Source: Halobacteriovoraceae bacterium
GTDB lineage: Bacteria > Bdellovibrionota > Bacteriovoracia > Bacteriovoracales > Bacteriovoracaceae
Assembly (NCBI GenBank): GCA_963719505.1
Contig: CAVRCF010000005.1
Location: 544,001-608,000 of the forward strand
Direction: 5' to 3'
DNA length: 64,000 nt
This document shows positions 10,183 through 20,103 of the stretch, in pieces (positions within the stretch are counted from its first letter, which is position 1; each line of letters begins with the position of its first letter). The notes beneath the pieces were generated by a model that saw only the letters and a program-made list of their open reading frames with translations, was not told where the DNA came from and made no database searches. Both the position numbers and the translations under genes were made by a program.

Positions 10183-11571
10183 ATGCTTTATAAAACTATT
10201 TTTACTATCATCTTAATCGTCTTCACTCATCTAACCTGCTTTGGCTCTGAGGCTTTTGACGATATTATCGAAGAGATTATACCCACCACAAAACTCACTA
10301 AGGACCAACTTCTCACATTAAAAAAAGAGATGGGAATTCAAAAACTCTTTATTGAAGGGGTTAAGAAAATTGAGTTAAGAGGTGGTGAATTTGTTGATAT
10401 TGAACGCTCTAGAAGTACCCTGCAAGACCTCCTTGTAGACTCGATGAATGCCAAGGCAGATAATCTTCCCGCAGAGGCAAAACGGAAGTTTCAAGACATA
10501 GTAAAAGAAGGGTTTAATAAGAATACGTTGACGGAAATTTTAAAAGGGACGCGAGATAAAGCTTATAGTTTTGCTCGAGGAAAAAAGGTTTATATGAGCT
10601 CGATCGTCAGAAGGTTTGGCTTCGATGTTGGTCTCGTCTATCTTTTAAGCTCACAGGTAGATTTTACTTTTCCAATGTATATGGTGGCCAATGGACACAC
10701 GGCTTATGGAGTTCTTTTGGCAACTCCAATTACCAGCCTCACGGTGGGTACCTACGCAGCTATTAAAAGTGCCGTAAAATACAGACAAGTTGTCAAAGGT
10801 CTTGGTGGCATGAGTATAGCCAAAGAGCATTTAAATGTTTTTAAAAGAATGAAAAACTATTTTGGTCAAAATCTCTTAAGAAAATATGACCTTTTCGATA
10901 TTTTTGTTGGGAAGCAAAGCTATGCTCTTACGATCGAGAAGAGAAACCTTATGACGAAGGTGATGAGAAAGCTTGGATGGAGCCAAGGTATTAATTATGA
11001 AAATATCATAAGCTATATGGATGACAATAATCTGATGCCAAAGCTTGTTGAAAAAATGAAAACCAGTGATCTTCACCCTACTTCTAAACTCATTCGAATA
11101 CTTGCCAAGATCGAACAGTCCAATGACGAGGAAGTCTTTCATAAAATAAGAGAAAAGTTTGGAAAGTATATAAACGAGATTAGCTCTTTACCTGAGTTTT
11201 CGACACAGCGTCAATGGGTTATGAAGATCATGGACTCTAAAAGTTTTGATCATTTTATTAAGCTATTGGGCAAAATGCCAAACGATATTCCACCGGCTAT
11301 TTTTGACTCCATTTGGAGAAATAAGATTATTCTTTCATCCCAAAAGTCTATCAATCATTACACTGGAAAAAACGAATATGTCGCCTTTAGAAAACTCTCA
11401 AATGACTATGACAAGGAGCTTAGAGGTATTTTAGCAAACTCCACGGCAACTGATTTGAGTGCATCACAAAGAAAGTTATTTGCTGATTATGTATTTGATT
11501 CCCTTGCTGGTGTAGGAATTTGTCAAAATCTTTTCAAAAGAAAATCAGAAAATTTTGTTCCATTTTTATAA
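10183..11571 (+). CDS. Hypothetical exported protein
   Basis: Long ORF with a signal-peptide-like N-terminus. Start moved to 10183 because the ATG at 10174 lies inside the promoter -10. Confidence 0.75.
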   Translation: MLYKTIFTIILIVFTHLTCFGSEAFDDIIEEIIPTTKLTKDQLLTLKKEMGIQKLFIEGVKKIELRGGEFVDIERSRSTLQDLLVDSMNAKADNLPAEAKRKFQDIVKEGFNKNTLTEILKGTRDKAYSFARGKKVYMSSIVRRFGFDVGLVYLLSSQVDFTFPMYMVANGHTAYGVLLATPITSLTVGTYAAIKSAVKYRQVVKGLGGMSIAKEHLNVFKRMKNYFGQNLLRKYDLFDIFVGKQSYALTIEKRNLMTKVMRKLGWSQGINYENIISYMDDNNLMPKLVEKMKTSDLHPTSKLIRILAKIEQSNDEEVFHKIREKFGKYINEISSLPEFSTQRQWVMKIMDSKSFDHFIKLLGKMPNDIPPAIFDSIWRNKIILSSQKSINHYTGKNEYVAFRKLSNDYDKELRGILANSTATDLSASQRKLFADYVFDSLAGVGICQNLFKRKSENFVPFL

Positions 11572-11595
11572 AATCTACCATAAGATGTTTGAATT

Positions 11596-11681
11596 GCTCG
11601 GGTGGTGGAATGGTAGACACGCTACGTTGAGGTCGTAGTGGGGGCAACCCTGTGCTGGTTCAAGTCCAGTCTCGAGCACCA
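11596..11681 (+). tRNA. tRNA-Leu(GAG)
   Basis: Acceptor stem GCTCGGG/CTCGAGC, D-loop TGGTAGAC, anticodon stem CTACG/CGTAG with loop TTGAGGT, long variable arm, GGTTCAAGTCC T-arm, encoded CCA. Confidence 0.96.
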
Positions 11682-11701
11682 TTTGTTAGCCGGAGCCTTT
11701 T

Positions 11702-12013
11702 TTGGGAAACTTCATTCAAAAAAGACCCGATCTCATTATTTTCTTTTTTATTTCTTACTATATTTATTCAAACCATGGCCATAAACCTCAGGTTTCAGCT
11801 GTTTTTACCGCAATCAAGTATCTTGCCTATTTCTATGCCTTAAAAAATGTCATCTACCCCTCAAAAGATTTTTTTAAAAAAGGTGTGAAGAAACTAAAGG
11901 AGTTTGATTTTGAAACAACCGAGGACACACTTAGGGTTGTCATGACGTTTCTCGTTTTTGCTTTTGGGGTTTATCTTATTGTTGAGTTACTTTTCCAAAA
12001 CAAAACCATCTAA
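11702..12013 (+). CDS. Small hypothetical membrane protein
   Basis: 103-aa ORF with 2-3 hydrophobic segments filling the intergenic space; TTG start uncertain. Confidence 0.5.
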   Translation: MGNFIQKRPDLIIFFFISYYIYSNHGHKPQVSAVFTAIKYLAYFYALKNVIYPSKDFFKKGVKKLKEFDFETTEDTLRVVMTFLVFAFGVYLIVELLFQNKTI

Positions 12014-12026
12014 TTCCAGGATCAAA

Positions 12027-12054
12027 TTTAGTTTTTTCCAATAATAACCGATAA
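12027..12054 (+). promoter_or_regulatory. Putative sigma28 (FliA)-type promoter
   Basis: TTTAGTTT-N12-ACCGATAA, 7 nt before the GTG at 12062. Confidence 0.55.
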
Positions 12055-12061
12055 AGAAAGT

Positions 12062-12610
12062 GTGAAACTTTTTATTCTCTTTACATTAATATCCGCCTCT
12101 TCTCTTTTCGCACAAGACATAGTGGAGATCCCCTCAGGAACAAAATTTAGTTTCAAAATGGATGAGATCCTAAAAAAGCAAAGTGAATGCTTGAAAACTG
12201 GTGACAGCTACAGAATTAAGAATCAAGTTCACTTTATCAATGGACAGCTTGACTGCAATGGCCCCATCTTTCAAAGGTCATGCTTTGTTGAGTTTCCTAA
12301 AAATGCTCAATATAAGTCTAATGAAGTATGCTCACTCGATTGTATAGAGATGGACTCACATGTAATAGAGACAAAATTTAGAACAAACAATTGCCCCCAA
12401 CTTCGATGTAGACCACTTATGTTCACGGGCCTATTTACGGGGCCTGACATCGGGGTTAAAAGTTTTAAGTATAACGTGGGAAAATATATAAATTTTTCTC
12501 ATGAAGAAGGTGTTAATCAGGAACAAAAAAAAGTGACTGATAAATATCCGCAGGGAAATAGTTCACAAAACTCCTCTCAAATGAACTCAACTTCTGTGCA
12601 AGAGCAATAG
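12062..12610 (+). CDS. Secreted Cys-rich hypothetical protein
   Basis: Signal peptide MKLFILFTLISASSLFA, several Cys, Ser/Gln-rich tail. Confidence 0.75.
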   Translation: MKLFILFTLISASSLFAQDIVEIPSGTKFSFKMDEILKKQSECLKTGDSYRIKNQVHFINGQLDCNGPIFQRSCFVEFPKNAQYKSNEVCSLDCIEMDSHVIETKFRTNNCPQLRCRPLMFTGLFTGPDIGVKSFKYNVGKYINFSHEEGVNQEQKKVTDKYPQGNSSQNSSQMNSTSVQEQ

Positions 12611-12612
12611 AT

Positions 12613-12644
12613 AAAAAAAGGAGAAGCAAATGCTTCTCCCCTTT
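12613..12644 (-). terminator. Intrinsic terminator between convergent genes
   Basis: GGAGAAGCA-AA-TGCTTCTCC hairpin with an A7 run on the left (T7 on the minus strand after the OmpA gene). Confidence 0.8.
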
Positions 12645-12666
12645 AAACAATCTTTTAAATTTTAAT

Positions 12667-14031
12667 TTATTCAGCCATTTGTTCAGTTGAACTCTCTGAG
12701 ACACTTTTTGCTGTCACAACAACATCTACTCTTCTGTTCAGAGCACGACCTTCTTTGGTTTGGTTATCTGCAAGTGGCATATTTGGACCAAAACCTTTAG
12801 CATCAACGGTATTATCAACTCCATTTTTTCTTAAAATAGTCGCTACATTTTGTGCTCTATTTTGAGATAGTTTCTCATTGATCATTTTTGATCCAGTTGA
12901 GTCTGTGTGTCCTTGAACAACAATATCTTTAGCGTTGAAGTCTTTAACAATATTTGAGATCTTTTCAACAATCGCTTTCGAACCTGCAGGTACGGCTGCT
13001 TGACCCACTGGAAAATTCATTTTTTTGAGTCTAATGATAAGCTTGTTCCCTTGTTGGTAAACTTCTGCTTCATCTTCAGAAAATTCTTTTCTCACATCAT
13101 CCATAGCTTTTTGAAAAGCAATTTGGTCTGACTGGCTTATCAGTGCGGATCTTTGGTCGACAATTTCTGATTGTTGACTTTGAACGACAGCACCTAAAGC
13201 GAGAAGGTTTGACTCAGCTGTTCCAAGCTCTCTATCTTGCTTAACAATTTTTAGAGCTGCTCTTTCTGGAGTTTTCTCTCCGTTTTCAGCAATAACATCC
13301 ATAACATCTTTCAAAAGAACTGTACTCTCTAATGCTTTATCAACACTGTCTTGAAAGTTCTCAGGATTTCTTGGATTCTTTGCAATTAAGTTTTTGGCCA
13401 GCATAATATCTTGGTTTGCTGACTTGTAAGTCATTGGTGCTAGGTCATCTGCATCTTTGCTATCTTTGAATTTTTCAATAGCTCTTTCCGCTACACCTAA
13501 CCTCTTCCACTGCACGGCCATAACTTCAGCTTCTAAATATTTGTTTTGAAGTTCAGCTGTTTTCTTAGCAGAAATATCTGATTCAAAGTCATCTGTGTAA
13601 TCGATAAAATCACTATCTATGTCTCTTAATTTTTCGGTTAATTTGTTGGTTGAACTTGCACCTGCTGAAACAGCTGCCTCTCTTGCCGTAAGAATCGAAG
13701 AGAAGTTTTTCATTCTCTCTTTTGACAAGCGCTCAGCTTTCATGAAAAATGCTGTTGCATAAGCTGAATCATCTTTAACACTTTGAGCTTCATCTGCTTT
13801 ACCCATGTCGTCTTTTGCTTCTTCTAAATAATCCATTCCATCAAAGTAAGCTCCTTTGGCAAGAACATCAGCTTGAACATTCCAAGCACTTGTTTTAGAT
13901 TGTTCTGCTTTTTGAATAGCTTCCGATGGTGAGTAGTCAGCAAAGCCGTCGGCTTTCTTTATGTTTGTGGCACAACTCGTTGCAAATACGGCCAAGGTTG
14001 CCAAGCCTAATGTTTTCATTTTGTTTTTCAT
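12667..14031 (-). CDS. OmpA-family peptidoglycan-binding lipoprotein with a long helical N-terminus
   Basis: Lipobox ATSC; C-terminal GHTDSTG...NEKLSQNRA...GRALNRRVD. Confidence 0.9.
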   Translation of the reverse strand: MKNKMKTLGLATLAVFATSCATNIKKADGFADYSPSEAIQKAEQSKTSAWNVQADVLAKGAYFDGMDYLEEAKDDMGKADEAQSVKDDSAYATAFFMKAERLSKERMKNFSSILTAREAAVSAGASSTNKLTEKLRDIDSDFIDYTDDFESDISAKKTAELQNKYLEAEVMAVQWKRLGVAERAIEKFKDSKDADDLAPMTYKSANQDIMLAKNLIAKNPRNPENFQDSVDKALESTVLLKDVMDVIAENGEKTPERAALKIVKQDRELGTAESNLLALGAVVQSQQSEIVDQRSALISQSDQIAFQKAMDDVRKEFSEDEAEVYQQGNKLIIRLKKMNFPVGQAAVPAGSKAIVEKISNIVKDFNAKDIVVQGHTDSTGSKMINEKLSQNRAQNVATILRKNGVDNTVDAKGFGPNMPLADNQTKEGRALNRRVDVVVTAKSVSESSTEQMAE

Positions 14032-14165
14032 AAATTTCTCCTTTAAGGTTTATGTTAAAGGTAGAATATAGGGAAAGGTGATCATTTATCTAAAGGATCA
14101 ATGTTAATATGTTGTAGATACATACACATTTTAATAATACTTTCACTCAGGTATCAGGCTTCTCT

Positions 14166-15452
14166 TTACTCAAATACAAGTCTAGTTGCGGCTTTAGACT
14201 CTTTTACATAAAAAATTGCATCGTATTGAATACCAGGCTTAAAATATGAAGGTTCGTTCTCACCGTGAAGCCACCACTTTCCTCCTCTGTCAATCCAACG
14301 AGTGGAAGGATCAACGATAAGCAAGTCCCCATATTCCTGAAGGACGTAATCAAGTGCATCGTCTTGGTCTAAGGTAATATAGTCACCATCTCTTGAGCTG
14401 GAAACATCATAGCCAGAAACCGCAATGGACTTATAATCTTTTCCGTAGTGGGCCACAAGGTTTTCGCCTGTGGATCTTACATCGACCCACTTCATTGGAT
14501 TACCTGGATTATTTGGAACAATAATAGACTGCTTTTTCGATACGTGAATATTGTGAGCGAGTAGAATCGCTTTATGGTCATTATTATATTTTTTCATCCA
14601 CTGTGTAACAAGATAAGCTTGTATATCATCTCTTAAATTAAGAACTCTTTGAACGTTAACCACAAAAAGATCTCTGTAGGTTTGATAAACATAAGAGACT
14701 TTTAAGGCAAGCTTTGCGTAAAAATAGTCTTCATCCTTAGCGCCTTTATATCCATTTAAGAGAGTCTGCATATTGGAAAGTGATCCAAGGCAAATATTAT
14801 GACTTTCTGTTGGCAGTCTCCAAGTCTCTAATAAATAATGCCATGCTGGCAATGTGTCCCCGTCGTCCCAGCTATCAATTTGCCAAGCAAAGCAATTTGC
14901 ACTTGCTTTGACGAATAGATTTTTAAACGTGTCTCTTTTAAAAAATTTATGAGCTTTACCGATTAACTTTTTATTGACCCAAGGCTCTTCCCAGATATCG
15001 ATGCCATGAAATTTAACAGGCTCTTTTGCCGTTTTATTAAAGTCACAAATCCAAGATAAAAGTTCTCTCGTTTCTGTGTTCGAATAAATCCCTGTTAAAG
15101 ATTTTAAAGCTTTGACAAAGAGCTCTTCTGAATGAGTCTGTTGATGGCAAGACTTAAAATATGAATTGATATTACTAGTTTGAAAATAAGCATCTTCGAG
15201 GAGAATAAGTCTAAAATCGTCGATAAGAATCATTTTTTTTATCATGGCCGTTCTGGCTTTTGTAAAGCCACTTGAACCATGACCACTTTCTCCAATACCA
15301 ACAATTTTTGCATCTTTTACAAGACGAGAAAGAAAGCCGTATTCACTATTAGAAAAACTCTCAAGAGATTGGACAACCTTGACTCCAGGCTTGGAAAAAG
15401 CGTTAAAGCTTATGAGTACAAGAAAAAAGCACGTCGGGCATAAATATTTCAT
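14166..15452 (-). CDS. Erythromycin esterase-family protein, exported
   Basis: IVGIGESGHG, FHGID, LRD and AHNIHV motifs; signal peptide. Confidence 0.8.
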   Translation of the reverse strand: MKYLCPTCFFLVLISFNAFSKPGVKVVQSLESFSNSEYGFLSRLVKDAKIVGIGESGHGSSGFTKARTAMIKKMILIDDFRLILLEDAYFQTSNINSYFKSCHQQTHSEELFVKALKSLTGIYSNTETRELLSWICDFNKTAKEPVKFHGIDIWEEPWVNKKLIGKAHKFFKRDTFKNLFVKASANCFAWQIDSWDDGDTLPAWHYLLETWRLPTESHNICLGSLSNMQTLLNGYKGAKDEDYFYAKLALKVSYVYQTYRDLFVVNVQRVLNLRDDIQAYLVTQWMKKYNNDHKAILLAHNIHVSKKQSIIVPNNPGNPMKWVDVRSTGENLVAHYGKDYKSIAVSGYDVSSSRDGDYITLDQDDALDYVLQEYGDLLIVDPSTRWIDRGGKWWLHGENEPSYFKPGIQYDAIFYVKESKAATRLVFE

Positions 15453-15556
15453 TTTATTCCTAGATTAGATAATTTTGAGCATCTTTTATCACAATCTGAG
15501 AAACATATGGAGAGGATAGTAATTATTTCTCGAATACTAAACAGGATTTCAATGAC

Positions 15557-16444
15557 CTATAGCTCAAAATCTTTAATAAGCTTGTCACTAATGGGAGTTG
15601 AGATCGTTCTTTTCTTAGCAATGAGCCAATAGGTCTCATTAACCCCTTCAAGACGACCAATTTTAATAAGTCTTCCATCCTCAACAAGAGGAGCCGCAGC
15701 AAACTCAGGCAAAAAGACAATTCCTTTTCCATGTTCTGCCATAAGCTTCTTGACACTTGAATCCTGAACCTCCGCAATGAGATTGTAATGGATACGATTC
15801 AGATGGATGAACTGCTCGAGATCATATCTTAGTTGAGTATGTCTTGTGGGAAGAATGAGAGGTTGGTCATTGAGACTACCTGGAAAATCTTCAGCAAGGT
15901 CCTTAAATTCTTTACTTGCGTAAGCAGAGATAGGTTGGGTTGAAAGGGCACTCACGATGAGGTCATCTTGATTTGATAGTTCTTTATTAGTGGATAAGAC
16001 CAAATCAACCTTGTGGTTATTTAGGTCTTCTATTAATTCTTTTGGCGTGCCTTCCGTGAGTGTCACGAGACAATTATCACCAACTTTTTGAGCGTATTCT
16101 GTAAGCTCACACGTTAATATTTTTGGTGCACTGTCAACAACACCAATTTTGTAATGAAATTTCTTAGATAGATTTTCATCGTTAAAAACTTGCATGAATT
16201 CCTCGCCCTTGAGGAAAATTTCATTCGCATACTCAAGGGCGAGTTTTCCAGCATCAGTTAATACGAGAGATCTATTCTTTCTCAGAAATAACTTTTGCCC
16301 TAGGCAGTCTTCTAGATTTTTTAACTGACTACTCAAAGAGGGCTGCCCGACAAAGAGCTTTTCAGAAGCTTTAGCGATACTGCCTTCAGTCGCTATGACC
16401 CTGAAGTATAAAAGGTGATGATAATTAAGCCATTTATTTTCCAT
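15557..16444 (-). CDS. LysR-family regulator, NhaR-like
   Basis: WLNYHHLLYF...EGSIAKASEKL...QPSLSSQLKNLE HTH; DFPGSL...LILP motif typical of NhaR-like LysRs. Confidence 0.9.
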   Translation of the reverse strand: MENKWLNYHHLLYFRVIATEGSIAKASEKLFVGQPSLSSQLKNLEDCLGQKLFLRKNRSLVLTDAGKLALEYANEIFLKGEEFMQVFNDENLSKKFHYKIGVVDSAPKILTCELTEYAQKVGDNCLVTLTEGTPKELIEDLNNHKVDLVLSTNKELSNQDDLIVSALSTQPISAYASKEFKDLAEDFPGSLNDQPLILPTRHTQLRYDLEQFIHLNRIHYNLIAEVQDSSVKKLMAEHGKGIVFLPEFAAAPLVEDGRLIKIGRLEGVNETYWLIAKKRTISTPISDKLIKDFEL

Positions 16445-16479
16445 AGATAACCTTAACCTAAAAAGTTAAAGCTGCCTAC

Positions 16480-16659
16480 TCATCTACTTTGTATTCTTTC
16501 AAAAGCTCTGTTTTCTGTAGGGTTTGCCCAACGGTTTTCTAGCTGCTCGTCCGACATCGAGTCAGGGTGCCGATCTGAGAGAGTTGAACAAGACATTCCC
16601 AAGAATATAAACATCGAGAAAAAAAGAGCAACAAGCGAATTTTTTGAAATTGTTTTCAT
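16480..16659 (-). CDS. Small 59-aa lipoprotein (below the ORF-track cut-off)
   Basis: GGAGG RBS, then MKTISKNSLVALFFSMFIFLGMSCSTLSDRHPDSMSDEQLENRWANPTENRAFERIQSR*; lipobox-like GMSC; has its own promoter. Confidence 0.75.
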   Translation of the reverse strand: MKTISKNSLVALFFSMFIFLGMSCSTLSDRHPDSMSDEQLENRWANPTENRAFERIQSR

Positions 16660-16685
16660 TTTTATAACCTCCCAAGGTCATAGAT

Positions 16686-16751
16686 AGACTACCATTTCAT
16701 CGATTGAGATAAAATTTCAAAAAATCATCTCGATCATTCGTCTAAAACGAA
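16686..16751 (-). promoter_or_regulatory. LysR box plus extended -10 promoter
   Basis: TTCG-N7-CGAA at 16737-16751; TG-G-TAGTCT at 16694-16686. Confidence 0.65.
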
Positions 16752-17599
16752 CCAAAAATCCAAGCATTAATAGAGGTACTATTGAGGGCATAATTTTGAT
16801 CTGGATTTGTCTTCAAGTGGGGAAAAATAGTTAACTCTCTAGAGAAGTTATAATAAAACCCAATCCCAACATCAGTATCCTCTCTCATAAAGACCTGACT
16901 CGCCCTATTGGATTCATCATCTTCTACAAAAGTGTCGTACCATATTTGAAAATTGAGCTTATCTGAGTATTTATAAATTATATAAGGGGAAATGGTAGAT
17001 TCAAACTTTTCTCGCTCGATAGCACTGTCATAGACATAAAAACGAAACCAAACCCAAGAACCTAAATCAAATTCTTCGTTCAAAGCAAAATTAAGAGTTT
17101 GAAACCCTCCGGGATTTAGCAATAACCCATCTTCCCGCGTCCCATCCTCAACATTCGCCAAGATAGTGTTAAGCGCTCCAGAGGCAGTAAACCGACCATT
17201 ACTATACCATGTTCCCGCAACTCCAAAAACAGGGTTAAGAAACTCAAACTGATTATCATCGCTTTGATCGTCCTGGGCATAGGTGATAGCAAATCTAGGA
17301 TTTATAACAAAGTTAAAGCGATCGTTAAGTTTATATCGATAACTCACTTGGTGCCAAGAGTTGATCTTCCCATCCCTTTCACCATCATCACCAGAGACAT
17401 TCTCTGAAATATCATCAACAGCTGGCCCTTCAAAAATAGAGAAATGGGAAAAGGAGCTCTTCTCTCTGAGCTTCATCCAAAAAGTGTTTATTGATTTTAA
17501 AGAAGAATTTTCTACACCGATCCTAGAGGAGGCAGCTTGACCTCTCCAGGGTATAAGAAACAGTGCAAAACAAGACAATAAAAGAATGTTATTTTTCAT
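16742..17599 (-). CDS. Probable outer-membrane beta-barrel protein
   Basis: Signal peptide, alternating aromatic beta-strand pattern, C-terminal Phe (AWIFGSF). Confidence 0.7.
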   Translation of the reverse strand: MKNNILLLSCFALFLIPWRGQAASSRIGVENSSLKSINTFWMKLREKSSFSHFSIFEGPAVDDISENVSGDDGERDGKINSWHQVSYRYKLNDRFNFVINPRFAITYAQDDQSDDNQFEFLNPVFGVAGTWYSNGRFTASGALNTILANVEDGTREDGLLLNPGGFQTLNFALNEEFDLGSWVWFRFYVYDSAIEREKFESTISPYIIYKYSDKLNFQIWYDTFVEDDESNRASQVFMREDTDVGIGFYYNFSRELTIFPHLKTNPDQNYALNSTSINAWIFGSF

Positions 17600-17605
17600 C
17601 CATAA

Positions 17606-17671
17606 CTAATAGCATCAAGGCTGAACTCAAAAAAATTGATAATATCAATGCAATAGTTCGATTAAAGCGAA
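17606..17671 (-). promoter_or_regulatory. LysR boxes plus extended -10 promoter
   Basis: TTCG-N7-CGAA at 17657-17671; second palindrome ATTG-N7-CAAT at 17635-17649; TG-C-TATTAG at 17614-17606. Confidence 0.6.
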
Positions 17672-19075
17672 TTACTTTTCAACAGTGGCCGTTAAAGCCC
17701 TATATTTGGCCAATTGAGCGTTGAACTCATTTACTTTTGTCCACTTGGTTACTTTGGCGTCGGCTAAATACTGTTCCCTAATATTAATAAGGAAAAAGTC
17801 ACTTGAACCTTTGCTAAATTTCTTTATTTCAGCTTTAACAAGCTGGTCAGCATAACTTATCTCCAATATAGACTGTTGAATTATTTTTTCTAAATTTTCT
17901 ATATCTACAGCTAAAGATTTTACTTTTGTTACAATAGAGTCTTCAATAAATCTGGTTTTGCGTTTCAACAGTTTTTTCTTAATCCGAACTTGGGATAATT
18001 GACTACGAACTAAATTTCTCTCAAGAGGGATATTCAGTTTGACCAAAGCCTTAGCCTCTTTTTGCTCAATGGTCCTATCAAAAGATTCATCCACATCACC
18101 AAAGTCTTGGGAGACGGAAAGATCTAATTCAACAGACGGATTAAGATTATTTTCTCTAAATTCTTCATCATTGAGCAGTTGAATATTTTCTGTCTGAAGC
18201 TCCTTAATTTTAGGATGATTTACAATAATGTCACTGATATCTTTACCGACATTGAGATTCACTGGGGAAAAAACAAAGTCTTTGGGGAGGTTTTCATCAG
18301 TTAATTTTTTTGGGAATCCATTTGCATCTCTATAAAACAGAGATAGGTTTAAAGAAGACTTTAAGTAGTCCTTGAGAGAGTCAAGAAACTTCCCTCTTCT
18401 TTTAACGATGTACTGCAAATTTTCAACTTCATAAATTTCAGAAAGATCACCGGCTTTTATTCTCTTTTTTAAATTCTTGTTTCTCGAAACAGCGAAATCG
18501 AGTAATTCCTTGTGAACGTAAAATATTTTTCCTTTTGCAACCCAATCCCAGTAGGCTTTTGAGAGTTCCGAAATAATTATTTGTTTTTCGTAAAAGTTCG
18601 ATGCATCAACTTTTGTTCTCTCTAACTTCGCATTTTTAAGTTTGAGTCTTTTTGAATCGATAAGACTGTCTCTCCATAGTGAAAAGCTCACTCCGGCTTT
18701 AAACTCTCCTTCTTCAAGAGTTCGTTGACCATTTTCATACGTTGGAAACTTGCCATTACTTTGTCGGTAGCTTGAGTATATTTTGGAATTTAATAACTGA
18801 AGAGGTTTTGAAATCTTTAGCTCTACGCTATCTCCACTATAGAAGCCCGCAAGCCTTTGATCAGTAGTCGCGTCTAGCTGAGTATCAAATGAGCCGATTG
18901 CCTCATTAATTTTTTGATCTATCAAATCTCTTTTAGATATTAAATTAAGTAAAATGGGATAGTGCTTTTTGCTGTTTAGAATCACATCCTTAAGAGTCAG
19001 CTCTTTTGCACCTACGTCAATGGAGAAGAAGAGAATAAGGGCCAAAATGAAAACGAATATTCTTCCTCTTTTCAT
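17672..19075 (-). CDS. TolC-family outer membrane efflux protein
   Basis: Signal peptide; LTLKDVI...HYP start; two OEP repeats; KFSKGSSDFFLINIRE. Confidence 0.88.
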   Translation of the reverse strand: MKRGRIFVFILALILFFSIDVGAKELTLKDVILNSKKHYPILLNLISKRDLIDQKINEAIGSFDTQLDATTDQRLAGFYSGDSVELKISKPLQLLNSKIYSSYRQSNGKFPTYENGQRTLEEGEFKAGVSFSLWRDSLIDSKRLKLKNAKLERTKVDASNFYEKQIIISELSKAYWDWVAKGKIFYVHKELLDFAVSRNKNLKKRIKAGDLSEIYEVENLQYIVKRRGKFLDSLKDYLKSSLNLSLFYRDANGFPKKLTDENLPKDFVFSPVNLNVGKDISDIIVNHPKIKELQTENIQLLNDEEFRENNLNPSVELDLSVSQDFGDVDESFDRTIEQKEAKALVKLNIPLERNLVRSQLSQVRIKKKLLKRKTRFIEDSIVTKVKSLAVDIENLEKIIQQSILEISYADQLVKAEIKKFSKGSSDFFLINIREQYLADAKVTKWTKVNEFNAQLAKYRALTATVEK

Positions 19076-20103
19076 TTTTTATACTCACTAGGAGAATTTT
19101 CCAAAGAAGGAGGGAAACCATTAAATTGTCTCCAAAGCTCGTAGCCCAGTTTGACAGAATTGAGTGTAATCCAGCCCACAACTCTTGTCCCCTGCCTAAG
19201 GAATTTATTATCCGGCCACTGTTCACCTTTTTCGGGAACCACGATAACTCTAAATTTTCCACTCTTCGCAGCGGAAGCGTCGACATTGAGAACAACGCCA
19301 CCAAATGTTCCAACGGCAACTGAGGGCCAACCACTAAATTGAATTGCAGGCCATCCTTCAAATTGAATTCTCACTTTCCGACCAGGAAAAACAAGTGGGA
19401 GATCATTTCCCGTGATGAAGATCTCAACAGCCGTTTGCTTCGTTTCAGGAACAAAACTTGCCAGTTTATCACCTTCTTTAACAAAAACTGAACCTGAGCC
19501 TTGAAAAATACGAAGAACAGTACCATCTCTTGGAGCTGTTACCATTTGAGTTTGTTGCCTTGAAAGCTTAACTTCTGTCTGAGCTAACTTCACAGCATAG
19601 TCAGCTTCGCTTGCAAGGTACTTTTTATAATCAATCTTTGCCTTCTCTAGGCTCAGTTTAGATGCTAGTCCGTCTTTAAAAAGGCTCTCTTGCCTTTTAA
19701 AATTCAAAAGAGATGTCTCAGCCGCGGCTTTAGCTGCTTCAAAGCTTTTAAAAACAGATTCCTTCTCACTTCTCAACCTTTCAATATAAAGCGGATCATT
19801 ATCAACGATCTCTACCAAGGGATCACCTTTTTTAACTACAGCACCATCTCTGACGAGCCATTTATTAATTCTTCCTTTAAGATTTGACGTAATGTCTTGA
19901 ATTCTATCATTGGGATTGAGGGCACTAACCACCCCCATTCCTCTGGAGGTTTGTTGCCAGGGAACGAGAACGAGGACGATGACAAAAAAAAGAAAGAAGC
20001 TGATGAGGACTTTAGCAAATGTTTTAGACCATATAGGAAGTTTCTCCTCTTGAAGAGATGCAAATGTACTCAGATCTTCTCTTTCTATCCTATTCATCTT
20101 CAT
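19072..20103 (-). CDS. HlyD-family membrane fusion protein
   Basis: N-terminal TM; lipoyl halves GRINKWLVRDGAVVKKGDPL and VTAPRDGTV; FEGWPAIQFSGWP. Confidence 0.9.
   Translation of the reverse strand: MKMNRIEREDLSTFASLQEEKLPIWSKTFAKVLISFFLFFVIVLVLVPWQQTSRGMGVVSALNPNDRIQDITSNLKGRINKWLVRDGAVVKKGDPLVEIVDNDPLYIERLRSEKESVFKSFEAAKAAAETSLLNFKRQESLFKDGLASKLSLEKAKIDYKKYLASEADYAVKLAQTEVKLSRQQTQMVTAPRDGTVLRIFQGSGSVFVKEGDKLASFVPETKQTAVEIFITGNDLPLVFPGRKVRIQFEGWPAIQFSGWPSVAVGTFGGVVLNVDASAAKSGKFRVIVVPEKGEQWPDNKFLRQGTRVVGWITLNSVKLGYELWRQFNGFPPSLENSPSEYKK

Noticed and set aside
11596-12610. Genomic island integrated at tRNA-Leu
   Set aside because: No integrase, no duplicate of the tRNA 3' end seen, and no obvious compositional shift
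14166-15452. Macrolide resistance gene (ere)
   Set aside because: Only family-level motifs are present; the protein is exported and not in a mobile context; most family members are not shown to confer resistance
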